Below are positions 1-12,812 of a stretch of DNA of 64,000 bases, piece by piece (position 1 is the first letter of the stretch; each line of letters begins with the position of its first letter). The notes beneath the pieces are model-generated. The model made no database searches, had not been told where the DNA came from, and saw only the letters and a program-made list of their open reading frames with translations. A program made the translations under genes and the position numbers. The stretch is taken from the NCBI GenBank assembly GCA_964016885.1, contig OZ024741.1, positions 139,252,001 through 139,316,000 on the forward strand. The letters run 5' to 3'. This DNA comes from Eledone cirrhosa. Lineage: Eukaryota.

Positions 1-42
1 TATATAATTCCAGAGGTGGCAATAAACCTGAATATATATACT

Positions 43-178
43 TACTACAACTACTACTACTACTACTACTACTACTGTTACTACTACTACTACTACTACT
101 ACTGTTACTACTACTACTACTACTACTACTACCACTAACATTGTTGTTGTTGCTACTACTACCTCTGCTACGACTACT
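43..178. repeat. (CTA)n microsatellite, imperfect
   Basis: Runs of ctactactac with occasional variants. Confidence 0.95.
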
Positions 179-690
179 TCGTCTTTCAAGTAATTATAAC
201 TATTTTTTTTTCTAAACAACAAAGCCACACATACATTCGTGAAATGAAAACACCATGCACGTACATGCGAATACTTGCAGCAAGATAATGAAATCCGTAT
301 TCATCACAGTGAACACCTTCTAACAAGAACACCTAATTAGCTCTATATATTTTGCTTCTCTAATTTTATGCATAAAAATAAGTGGTAGAGAATGACATAC
401 GGTTGTTCAGAAGTTCATGTCATCTACGTTGAAAATAAGATATTTTCTACAACAGATCAATCCAATCTTTGACATTGATCCTATATTCGTTTGATATCTA
501 ATAGTAAATGAATATGCCCAGACATACCCAAAAGATATATATCTATATAAATATCCACGCATGCACCAACACACATATATATGAATACAGGATATATATA
601 TATATATGAATGTAAATATATATACATAGATACACACAAATATATATACATATGGACATATGTATTTAAATATATATATATATATATATA

Positions 691-896
<206 letters not shown>

Positions 897-1113
897 GCAG
901 TAATATATGCAGTATATATATATATATGTATATGCGTAGGCGTGTGTGTATATATATATATATATATATGTGTGTGTATGTATATATATATATCCAGTGG
1001 GTGTAACGCGAAGTTACTGTAGGCTCACCCAGGTGAACACTCTATGTTTAGGTTCACGTCAGTGGCAAGGTGTAGAGCTAGACAGAGAGTAATATAATAA
1101 TATAAGGTTGATT

Positions 1114-1187
1114 GGTGGCGCGCGTTTCGCTATTGATCAGCACAAGTTTTTATCGGCCCGACTCTGGAATCAAAAGTTCGTCGGACC
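1114..1187 (-). ncRNA. Type I hammerhead ribozyme motif, long-stem-II family copy 1 (degenerate)
   Basis: Minus strand: ggt-CCGACGA-(stem II insert)-agc-GAAAC-gcgc-GCC-acc. Stem I is ggt/acc, stem III is palindromic, and the cleavage triplet is mutated from GUC to GCC. Confidence 0.6.
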
Positions 1188-1285
1188 TCTGTTGTAGTAA
1201 TGACAGAATGTGGTTTACACAAAATGATGCAATAAATATAAGGCATAAAGCATTATATAAGAATGATAAATACTAAGAATCGGCG

Positions 1286-2359
1286 TCATTTATTACACGG
1301 ACTGAGTCGATCATCGTCGAATACTGATGCCGATTTTTTGTTTACAAATTGTAAATCTATTTTGCTATAAGTATCAGTTGCGATCTTTTTCTTTCTTTTC
1401 TTCGGAGGAGGGTGAGTGTCGTATCTAAATTTGACAAGCAGCCTACCGTCTGCTTGATCGGGTGACGTATGTAAGTCTGGTTCAGGTTTAGCTGGCCTCT
1501 TAGGAGGTGTCTTTAGCATTTCTGATGTTTCGAATTTCTCAGGTTCGCTGTCAGTGCCGTCCTGCCCCTGTCGTTGCGCCTGGAAGTCGAATATGTATAT
1601 TTCGAATAACACATTCCATATCTCGGAGTTTAGATATTTTTTACAATTTTGCAAGAAAGGACAACTATTAGGAAAGAGGTGCTTCTTAACTCTCGTTCCA
1701 AAAGCCTCCTTTTCAGGGTGCGGCGCTAAAGTATCACACGGATAGTTGCTCGTTATAATTGTTTCCACTTTAGGCACAAGGCCAGCAATTATCCCAGTGC
1801 ATTACTGGTACTTTATTTTATCGACCCCGTAAGGATGAAAGGCAACGTTAACCTCGTTCGCTTTATGTTTTGCGAGCTTTTAAATTTGATAGCGACCGCC
1901 GTCTCTGCCCCCTCAGCTACTTTCTTAAATGTTTGTAATGTCTCCATCGGCGGTGGATTGTTAGAATTGATAGGCATTTATGTCAATAGATTCCTACTGG
2001 GGTCTTTGTCGTCTGATAGTACGTTGTCGAATTTGTTGTTTTTAGGATTAAGACATCACGTCGAATCGTCTTTAATCCACGCGCTGTCTATTTGAGACGC
2101 CTGACATACCCCATTGAAAGCAGTGAATGTCATTGAGTTAAACCAAGAAGGTGATCTGTTAACAGTTTCATTTTCCCGTGTTGTACATGCTCATTAGTTC
2201 CTCTGCAGTCAATCTTTGCTCTTGTGTTGTGGGCGTCGCTCCGTTGTATTTAAAAGTTTCTGTCGGTATTAGCCTATGTTGCTTTACGCTCGATAACTTG
2301 CCTTCAGTTCTTGTTTTAGGTCTGTTGTGCTCGTATGTCGCAGGAAAAGTGTTCGGCAA
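1286..2359 (-). pseudogene. Decayed coding sequence of unknown origin, interrupted by a SINE; low-complexity/disordered protein with NLS-like PPPKKRKKK
   Basis: Removing the SINE plus one CTCGTT TSD joins the ATG at 1977 in frame to ORF 1286..1777. Upstream the frame continues through 2 stops and a frameshift into ORF 2168..2359. GC is higher than in the flanks. Confidence 0.5.
1755..1852 (-). mobile_element. 5'-truncated SINE (major family, ...gcctttcatccttacggggtcgataaaataaagtaccag...) with 6-bp TSD
   Basis: Matches the copies at 37027, 40895 and 57062; CTCGTT direct repeat at 1749-1754 and 1853-1858. Confidence 0.85.
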
Positions 2360-2640
2360 AACCGTTTAGTTACTATCAGATTCTTGTAACCTATCGATGG
2401 AGGACTGTCCGATGCTATTGTGACTCCACTTCAGCCTTTGGAAGGCCTTACATGCGGTTCTCCCAAGCATATTTATTCGTCGTCTTTGTCAGCTCTTTCG
2501 CTATGCTCAATATTATATATGCATGTATACGTACACACACACACACCCACACCACCCACACACCCACACACACACATATATATAGGAACGATCGACTTTC
2601 GTCAAATCGGACCGAGGGAACAATTGCTAATACTATCTAT

Positions 2641-2780
2641 CGGTCGCAACTCCAGGTAGAAAGAGCAACGTGAAATAAAGTGTCTTGCCCAAGGACATAA
2701 CGCATCGCCTGGTCCAGGAATCGAACTCACAACCTTACGATTGCGAATCCAATTCTCTAACCACTCAGCCACACGCCTTC
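2641..2780 (-). mobile_element. tRNA-derived CORE-type SINE
   Basis: Minus strand A box TGGCTGAGTGG, B box GAGTTCGATTCC, then CORE-like tgtccttgggcaagacactt. Confidence 0.8.
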
Positions 2781-2810
2781 ACTTCTATATATATATATAT
2801 ATATATATAT

Positions 2811-2957
2811 AAGTGGTTACATAACAGTTAGTTCACCATGCCGATAACAAATGTTTCACCTTAGAGGATCCTCAGCTCGTAATGGTTCGTCGCTGAGGAT
2901 CCGCTAAGGTGAAACAATTGTTCTCGGTATGGTGAACTAACTGTTGTGTAACCACTT
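2811..2957. ncRNA. Fold-back palindrome carrying two inverted minimal type I hammerhead motifs
   Basis: Plus arm: CTGAGGA-tccgctaaggt-GAAAC-aatt-GTT-ctcg. Minus arm: cgag-CTGAGGA-tcctctaaggt-GAAAC-attt-GTT-atcg. Consensus stem I is cgag/ctcg. Confidence 0.75.
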
Positions 2958-3009
2958 CTACCTAACTCATCCCATAGACTGAGTGCTCTACCATTACGGA
3001 TATTACCTT

Positions 3010-3470
<461 letters not shown>

Positions 3471-4082
3471 TAAATTAGCGAGCAAATTAACTGGTGAATA
3501 GCTAGACTCTGGAGATTCATACTAATATAAATTAGCGAGAATCGTATTTCGACTTTGGAAATTAGCGAAAAACAGCTTCCGAGATGTGTGGTAAGCGCTC
3601 AATAATTCTAACGAACCCGAGCTACAACATACATTAAAATGCCAAACACACTGAGACGATGGTTAAACCATTATCCGCACAGCCATAGAAACGACCAAGT
3701 AATTCGGGTCAAACAAATAAAAAAATATATGATTGAAAAATTTACCCGGACCCCTGGATGGTTGGTAAAAATCCAGCATTTGGGTTTCTGCGACTCCTAA
3801 AAGTACTGTCCGCTTAGACAAATAATGTTAGGCTTCAGGTAAGATGATTGAACAAGGAAGTCACTTTCTCAACAGGCTTTTAGTTCAAGTGCCAGGTTAA
3901 GGATTGACCGTTACCAATAGCAACGTGGGGCAAACTTTATTTTTGGCGAATGAATTTTGGCGGATGAATTTTTGGCGGATGAATAGATATATACATGCAT
4001 ATATATGTATTGATATATGTGTATATATATGAATACATATATATATACATAAGTCTATGTATCTATATATAAATATATATAC

Positions 4083-4121
<39 letters not shown>

Positions 4122-4155
4122 CATATATATATATATATATTTACTTTTGTTGATT

Positions 4156-4240
4156 GGTGACGCGCATTTCGCTATTGGTCAGCCCAAGATTTGATCTGTA
4201 TCGATCTGTCCCGACTCAGGAATCAAAAGCTCGTCGGACC
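4156..4240 (-). ncRNA. Type I hammerhead motif, long-stem-II family copy 2
   Basis: ggt-CCGACGA-gct...agc-GAAAT-gcgc-GTC-acc on the minus strand; all three stems close. Confidence 0.7.
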
Positions 4241-4623
4241 TCAGTGGTAGTAATGATATTGTTTACCATGTCCCAACCTGCTGTAAGACACCAAACCTTA
4301 CGCTCCCACTACTTACTTTACTTATATAAATAAATATATATATATCCATAAAATGCTGAATCCGGTAATAGACATTTATTAAATATATAAATAAATAAAT
4401 AAATAAATGCCATTGTTAATTAATAAATAAATTAACTAATACCTTAACACTTCACACAAAGTAAAATATTTTTTTAAAAACATTTTCTAACCCAGAAATA
4501 ATAGAAAAAATAAAAGGAATACAATATAATTTTCTTCCTAATAATCGTCTTTTTCTCCCTATTTACATATATATATATATATATTCCAACTCGTGTGCTC
4601 CCACTCCACATTTTAGAATTATG

Positions 4624-4698
<75 letters not shown>

Positions 4699-4747
4699 CC
4701 TTATCGGGCCCTCTTTGGATTTTAGTCTTCACATTTATTATTATTAC

Positions 4748-4792
<45 letters not shown>

Positions 4793-4835
4793 TAAGCATG
4801 GATGAGGTGTCAAATTATCATTACGCTTATTCAGG

Positions 4836-4920
4836 TGTGAAGCGCGTATCGCACTTCATCAACTAAAAGTTAGATCTGTATCGATCGGGCCTGACTGTGG
4901 AATCGAAAGCTCATCAGACT
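4836..4920 (-). ncRNA. Type I hammerhead motif, long-stem-II family copy 3 (diverged)
   Basis: gt-CTGATGA-gct...gc-GATAC-gcgc-TTC-ac; canonical CUGAUGA box, GAAA mutated. Confidence 0.55.
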
Positions 4921-4938
4921 TCTATTAGCACAATGACG

Positions 4939-5047
<109 letters not shown>

Positions 5048-6559
5048 TGTGTGTGCGTGTGTATATATGTATATATGTGTGTGTATATATATATGTATAT
5101 ATAATTCATTAGAGCATGTGTTGGTTAATCACAGACACTTTAGTATGCAGGGTAGAGCACTCGGCGAAGTGTGCAGTTGTATCTGCATTGGCCCAGGCCA
5201 AGTCTAACAAATTAGTCCCACCTGACGAAGCCTTTGAAATCAGGATTTAGACACAATGGCCCTCTCAAATAGACAGTTATTACTTACAGAAACATATGCG
5301 ACTGATGGCGTTTTATCCGGCATTTATTAGTGGAATTTCTCCAAATGCGTTTCGAATTTTATGGGATTTGGTTCAATTTTTATGTACTTTGGTGTAATGT
5401 TAAAGTCTTGGGTAACAAGCTATCCGCCGGCAACAAAAGTGAAACTTGCATCTCAAGACCATACAAATTGTATAAAATAATTCAAAAATAAACAATTTCC
5501 ATAAATTATAATGGTTACAATATTTACAAAATTAACAAAAATTATAAGGATTACAAAAAATTATTAAAATTAGGTGTGAGTGTTAGGTTATATAAAGTAA
5601 GAATAAAGTAAAAGCAGATATATTGTGAAGAAATATAAATGTTAAAGTGTTGATAGTGTATGGTTACAAAGGTGGATAATTATAACACTGATATCAAAGA
5701 TTCTCGAATGTAAATGTTTGAATGATTAAATGGTAATCAAAATATTTCGCACATATATGTGTTTGTATGGTGGACAAAAATATAGTGCGATGTAACCTCG
5801 ACTTACGTGAGTCCTCCTCATCCTCGTAAAATCACCAAAGTAGGTTACTATTTATCGTGCATATTCAATTAATGAAGTGAGGGGAAAAATACATAAATAA
5901 TTAATTAATTCGAAGCACTCAAATTATAGAAGCATGTTTATTCGACCAGCGCATTGCTGAGGAGGACACGAGTGGTCAGCTGATGGGTTAATGCACACCA
6001 GACATGATATGATAGATAGAAAACATATTACATATTCTTATTTTCCATGGCGCGGTCAATTGCATGTGCAGGTACATATTTGAAGGTAAACCTGAAATTG
6101 AAATTAAAGTAAATTATATCTGTAGCTATTAATGAATAGGGAATATTTAGTATTATATTGCATGTGGAATATACTATGGAATATAATATGATGTCGTGTA
6201 TTCAATTATACACTATAAGATCAAATATAAAATAAAAATGTAAAATTGTAGAATATATCAATTATAACGACGGTTAAGCGGTTAATAAATTACGGGCGCG
6301 ATAATTAAATATTTAATTTAGTAAGGCAGTAGAAGTAGCAAGAAACAATTGTTGATTAATAGCTCATATAAGTATGTATGTATGGTCCCGTACCTCCTGA
6401 TAGATTCGTAAGGACACCGTATTGACATACAGCGTTTCTGGGCCATTTTAAGCCTGGCGGAACCCATCCCTCTCCAGGTCTGAGTAAAACAGATTTCTTC
6501 CAGAGAAAGATAGAAAGTGAGAGAGAGAAAATGAGAACGAGAGGAAGAATCCACCTCAG

Positions 6560-6705
6560 TACTAGGCTGCTACTTTTTGTCGATCTCGAAAGGATGAAAG
6601 GCAAAATTGACCTCGGTGGGATTTGAACTCAGAGAGCGGAGTGCTCCAGCGAGTACCATAAAGCATTCTATCCGACGTTCTAACGACACTGCCACTTCTC
6701 CGCCT
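6560..6705 (-). mobile_element. tRNA-derived SINE (major family, diverged)
   Basis: Reverse complement has B box gagttcaaatccc followed by gaggtcaattttgcctttcatcctttcgag. Confidence 0.8.
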
Positions 6706-7041
6706 AAGTTGCTATATAATACGTAACATATAGTTGAAGCAAATGAGTCATTAGCTATTGTTATGAAGACCATACGGAGACATGAAGTATCATAATTTTA
6801 CATATTACACCTGAACTATATTATAACCATTAATCTATTGAGTAATAATATAGAAACAAAAGAAACTGGAATTGAATGAAATGTAATGTAGGTTATAAAA
6901 TGTATCATCCAATCACACTTAACTAAATATTTAAAATCAATATAATATCAGGTATTAGACAATCTAGAGAGTCCGACAAATATGTCGTTCTTTCGTGAGG
7001 AAGTGAATGTTCGGGTTCATGTTTTGAGGAAGACTCAGAAT

Positions 7042-7101
<60 letters not shown>

Positions 7102-7189
7102 TTTTATTCTTTTACCTGCTCCATCCATTCGGATGATGCCGTGATGGAGTATTGCCCATATTGCTACAGATTTTATATCCAACCTACTC

Positions 7190-7420
7190 TGAGTGTCATT
7201 GATGTAGAAGGGAGTTCGTTGCTGCTGCCCCTAGCTTACCTTCGTTCCCTGCTATAGGTTCAACTGGGATCACCGATAACAGACTGTCAAATGTTTCTTG
7301 AAAACTTGCACGTTCACATCATGCATATCTCTCTTGGCTCCTGATTGACAAGATGAGGGCATTTGAACACCAGGCTATTGCAATATTTACTCCTTACTCT
7401 AGATGTGAAATATGGGAATT
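7190..7420 (-). mobile_element. 3' fragment of a CR1-group LINE ORF2
   Basis: Minus-strand translation resembles the C-terminus of 33764..34225 (..VFKKHL..VIP.EP..AAA.NSLL..). Confidence 0.45.
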
Positions 7421-7820
7421 TTAGCACCACACAGTTATCTCCTGTTCGACCCCCACACACATACACACACACACATATACCTCCCCCCCATATATATATA
7501 TATGTATATATATATACATATATACATATATATACATATATATCACATTCATATAGGATGGCTGCAAACTCTGCTAAGAGTATTGCAATTGGTTGTCAGA
7601 TTCAGATGTGTGACGCGCGCATATGGCTTTTCAAGGTTGCTAGAGACTTGCACTTCTTCGCACACTGACGAGGACCATGGATCTTCCTGGCTTGAGGTCT
7701 TCCATCAGGCTACCTGTGAACCCTCACAATACCTTGGAGATCATAGTTCAGTGGTTCTCTTTGAACATGGCTGTGACTGTGGCTTCTGAGACCAGATTTG
7801 ATGAAGCAAATTTTTCCACA

Positions 7821-8540
7821 CAGAGTGGATAGGATCAGACATAGATTTCAAGAGAATTGTACAATAATTAAATTTAAAAATTAAAAGTTAAAAAGGCACA
7901 GAGTGGAATGCATGCGACAGAGATTAGTATAACAATTATAGACATTAAGGTAGAAAGTTACTCGTGAAACGAGGACACTATCAGTACATATGCAAGTGTA
8001 TAGAGAGTGTGAATGGATTGTATACTGGTCCTAATATATTGTTGTACGGATAACAATATATTAGGATCGGTATATAATCCATGGCTGTGACTGATTAAAA
8101 ACATTCACTAAAATAAAACATAGCCAAAGTAATGGAAAATATAGCAATAGCATTGATACTCTCAGCACATACACATATGAACATTACAGAAACAATTATC
8201 ACACCACAGACACCATAAACTAATAATTTTAATAAAAAACACATTGCCTGCTGGTAAACATATGTTGTTTTATGTGATACCTTTGCCTCGCAGAAATTAT
8301 ATATGCCTAGTACCATTGCTTGTTTCCTTCCTGTATATGCCTATTGCATTCGCACTGTCTATACCCTTGCATATGTACTGTTAGCGTCCTCGTTTCAGGA
8401 GTAACTTTCTACTTAATGTCTATAATTGTTAAACTAATCTCTGTTGCATACATTCCACTCTGTCCCTTTTTAAATTTTAATTTTTAATTTTAATTATTGT
8501 ACAATTCTCTTGAAATCTATGTCGCATCCATTCCACTCTG
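7821..8540. repeat. About 195-bp inverted repeat pair (7821-8015 / 8347-8540) with an internal hairpin at about 8014-8081
   Basis: cagagtgga...tagatttcaagagaattgtacaataatt is mirrored by aattattgtacaattctcttgaaatcta...tccactctg. Confidence 0.9.
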
Positions 8541-8628
8541 TAAATACAAAACTATTGTTGGTGACATTAATATGCATGTATCTATATAATTGTTCAGTTG
8601 AATAGGAGGTTAATTATATGTACAAACA

Positions 8629-8686
8629 TTGCTAACGCTCCGATGAAAACATACGATAGTTTGGAAGAAACGATTGTCAGCAATAA
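8629..8686 (+). ncRNA. Degenerate type I hammerhead motif followed by AATAAA
   Basis: gct-CCGATGA-aaac..gttt(ggaa)-GAAAC-gatt-GTC-agc-AATAAA. Confidence 0.5.
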
Positions 8687-8839
8687 AATGATTTGAACAT
8701 AGCTTTGATTATTGTGTAATTTATATTCCGGCTCTGTAAAAGAGCTGAAGTATTTATCTTGAGCTATTTGTCTTACTGATAATAATGTAATAGTAAATTA
8801 CTGACCTTTCCTGTTTATAGTTGTATACATAACTATAAA

Positions 8840-9309
<470 letters not shown>

Positions 9310-10512
9310 GTTAAAAGAATAGAGGTGTAACACACAAGTTATTATATATTGGTAAACGGAATAGAAAATGCTGACAAATTGTTCACAGTTGAACAATGGT
9401 TTAATTAGGAATAAAAGAGTATTAGTAATTGTATGGGTTAGTATTCAGTTGTGGTTTTAAGTTTTTAAGTGTTTACCGTACCGGTTGCGCATTTCTAAAT
9501 GCTTTTCAAAAATAATTTTGAGATAGCGTGTCTGTGTTGTTTGCTCTGATCTGATTAGTTTTGGGAATTCTACCTGTTTTTACGTTAAAAAAGTGGCTCC
9601 AGCGCTACTTTGGTGTTGCAAAAGTTCTTGTGGTCAAAACAATTTTGATTGGTCGGTAGAGGTCATGTGAATGTAAAAAATTGATTTTGCGCCAAGACTG
9701 GTTCTGTGTTAAAAAAGTGGCTCCAGCGCTACTTGGTGTTTGCAAAAATTCTTGTGGTCAAAACAATTTTGATTGGTCGGTAGAGGTCATGTGAACAAAA
9801 AATTGATTTTGCGCCAAGAATGAGAAATGACTCTTTCACAACAAATCTGTGTGTGTGTGTGTGTGTAGTAGTAGTAGTAGTAAGGTGTTCGATGTTGTGA
9901 TAATGGTTAGCAGGGATGTGTGTCAAATGGCTATTAAGATAAGTGTGTGTGTGTATGTGTGTGTGTGTATATATAGCAGAGTAATTCGTGGTAGCAGGGA
10001 TGGTCAGTAGAAATGTGTCTGTAAGCATTGGGGGGTATTTTAGCATGTCAACAGATATTTTTCAGCTTTTGTCTTATACGGAGAAGTGTATGTGTGTGTA
10101 TAAGTCTCTTTGTATGTTAATGTACGCGTGTGTATGTGTGTGTGTATATATGTGTGTGTGTGTGTGTGTGAGAATGTGTGTGTGTGTGGGTGGACCAGTA
10201 TGTTTTTCCCCCTGGTAAAATGGTGTACATTATTCGATTTTTTCAGTAAAATCGGTTCTCTTAATAGAACATAAAAAATCTTAGCAATAAAAGGTGTGAA
10301 ATGATATTCACTATATATAGATATATATACATACATATATTCACTATACATATATATATATATATACACATATATTTTTTTTGTGTTGCCCCATTGTGTT
10401 TATATGTGGGTAGAGATGTGTGCTGATGTGTTGCACCATTGTGTTTATATGTGGGTAGAGATGTGTGCTGATGTAGGTATGTATGTTGACGTGTGCATGT
10501 TGTGGGTTCGTC

Positions 10513-10956
10513 TTAGGGAGAAGTGTTTAGACGGGGTCCGTATTTGTTAATGAAGTAAGATTCCTTGCTGATGCACTGGGTGTGGGTGGCATTATCTTTA
10601 AATTTGTAGAGGGGAAAGATTCTGAAGTTGGGATGATTTTGGGCGGCACAGGTATCAATGTGTTCACTCAGTGGTATTTTCCTGTATTCCCGTATTTTAA
10701 TTTGGGATCTATGGACAGTCCTGCGTTGGCGGAGGCTGTATTTGGTCTGGCCTATGTATTGTTCTCGACAACCTGAGCAAGTTAATACATATATTAGATT
10801 TTCCGATGCACATGCGAAATTGTGTTTTACTATAAAACGTTGCCCTTCTTTGAAATAGAATTCTGAACCCTCTATTAGGTTGATGCAAATGCCACAGTTG
10901 GGTCTATCGCATTTTTTTACTGTGGGTTTCAATGTGTAAGTGGAGGGTGTTTCCAA
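10513..10956 (-). pseudogene. GIY-YIG endonuclease domain of the Penelope-like element, with upstream Cys-rich linker
   Basis: CDRPNCGIC...NLIYVLTCSGCREQYIGQT...LRQR...H...E...LN. Confidence 0.88.
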
Positions 10957-11545
10957 ATTTGTTTAGGACTTTAGTGTAGATGGTGATTTCCAGGTATCCC
11001 ATGACTAGGTTGGCATAAGTGGGGGCTGTTTTCGTTACCATAGCGGTCCCAGATTTCTGCCTGTAGGGTTTGTTGTTGAAAACGAAGTAATTGTTCTCCA
11101 AGATAAATTTGAGTCACTCTATCACGAATTATTTTTTGATGCGTTGTGGGAGTTCATTGTGGAAATTATCCAGCCAGAATTGGATAGCTTCTATTCCTAG
11201 GTTGTGGGGATGTTGGAGTATAAGTTGACTACATCGAACGTCACTAGTAGGGTTTGTTCAGAAAGTGGCATATTAGGGAGGTGATTGAGCATATCTAGGT
11301 CGTCGCTTATATAGCTTTTGATGTGTTTGAGAAAGGGTTTGAGAAGGGTATCAATGAAGTTGCTAAGGCGGTGGGTTTCGCAAGCGGGGCCTGCTATTAT
11401 AGGTTTTAATTTGAGATCATTGGGTGAGGGGACATTGATGACTATGTCTGTGGCTTCCTTGCATGCCTTACTTATTAATTCGCTTTTATGTACTTTAGGG
11501 ATACCGTAGAAAAGGCTGGATTTACTTGTGAAGTCTGTGATGAAG
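10950..11545 (-). pseudogene. Penelope-like reverse transcriptase, N-terminal part; in-frame stops, catalytic YxDD and thumb missing
   Basis: RT motifs up to GTAM..APTYANL run straight into the EN linker. Confidence 0.85.
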
Positions 11546-11881
11546 CTGACAATTTTTTACATTCACATGACCTCTACCGACCAATCAAAATTGTTTTTAC
11601 CACAATAATTTTTGCAACACCAAAGTAGCGCTGGAGCCACTTTTTTTACATAAAAACAGGTAGAATTCCCAAAACTAATCAAATCAGAGCAAACAACACG
11701 GACACTCTATCTCAAAATTATTTTTGAAAAGCATTTAGAAATGCGCAACCGGTACGGTAAACACTTACAAAACGTAAAACCACAACTGAATACTAACCCA
11801 TACAATTACTAATACTCTTTTATTCCTAATTAAACCATTTTTCAACTGTGAACAATTTGTCAGCATTTTCTATTCCGTTTA

Positions 11882-11981
<100 letters not shown>

Positions 11982-12620
11982 GTATATAAATATATATATA
12001 TTTATATAAATTTATAAATATACATATATATATATTTATAAATATATATGTATATATACATTTATATATATATATATATATTTATAAATATATATGTATA
12101 TATACATTTATATATATATATATATTTATAAATATATATATATTTATATTTATATGTATATGTAACACATATATAAACACATGCCCCCCCCCCCACACAC
12201 ACACACACATCTATATACATATATGAATGCGTGTGTGCATTACACTGCACATATGCTCCTTGTTAATTTGAAAATAAGTGTATTGTATGTGTAATAGAAT
12301 AGACAGGAAGTAGAAAAGAAATATCATTCTTATAAAAAGTGACTTAGAAACAGAATAGCATAGGATGAAATAGATATTATCACTGTGATGTGGTAGGAGA
12401 AAGTATTACCGTAGAAAGAAGTGCTAGACAATTGTACATAAGGGATTATGATTTATAACATATTCGCATAGAGTGGCATAACTTAATTTAAGATGAATGT
12501 ATGAAGTTCAGTAAATTAATGGACTCTTGGTGAATAATGATGAATTATTGGCACGGAAGTTGTGAATATCGTGTTATATTATATAGGAATAAACCAACAA
12601 TGAAAAGAGACACTCATAGC

Positions 12621-12812
<192 letters not shown>

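Noticed and set aside
5215-5305. CTGACGA ... GAAAC hammerhead-like boxes (also CTGAGGA at about 5957, CTGACGA at about 7665, CTGAGGAccaGAAAC at about 26180, CTGAGGA at about 62800)
   Set aside because: Could not close stems I-III convincingly; may be decayed copies but are not supportable
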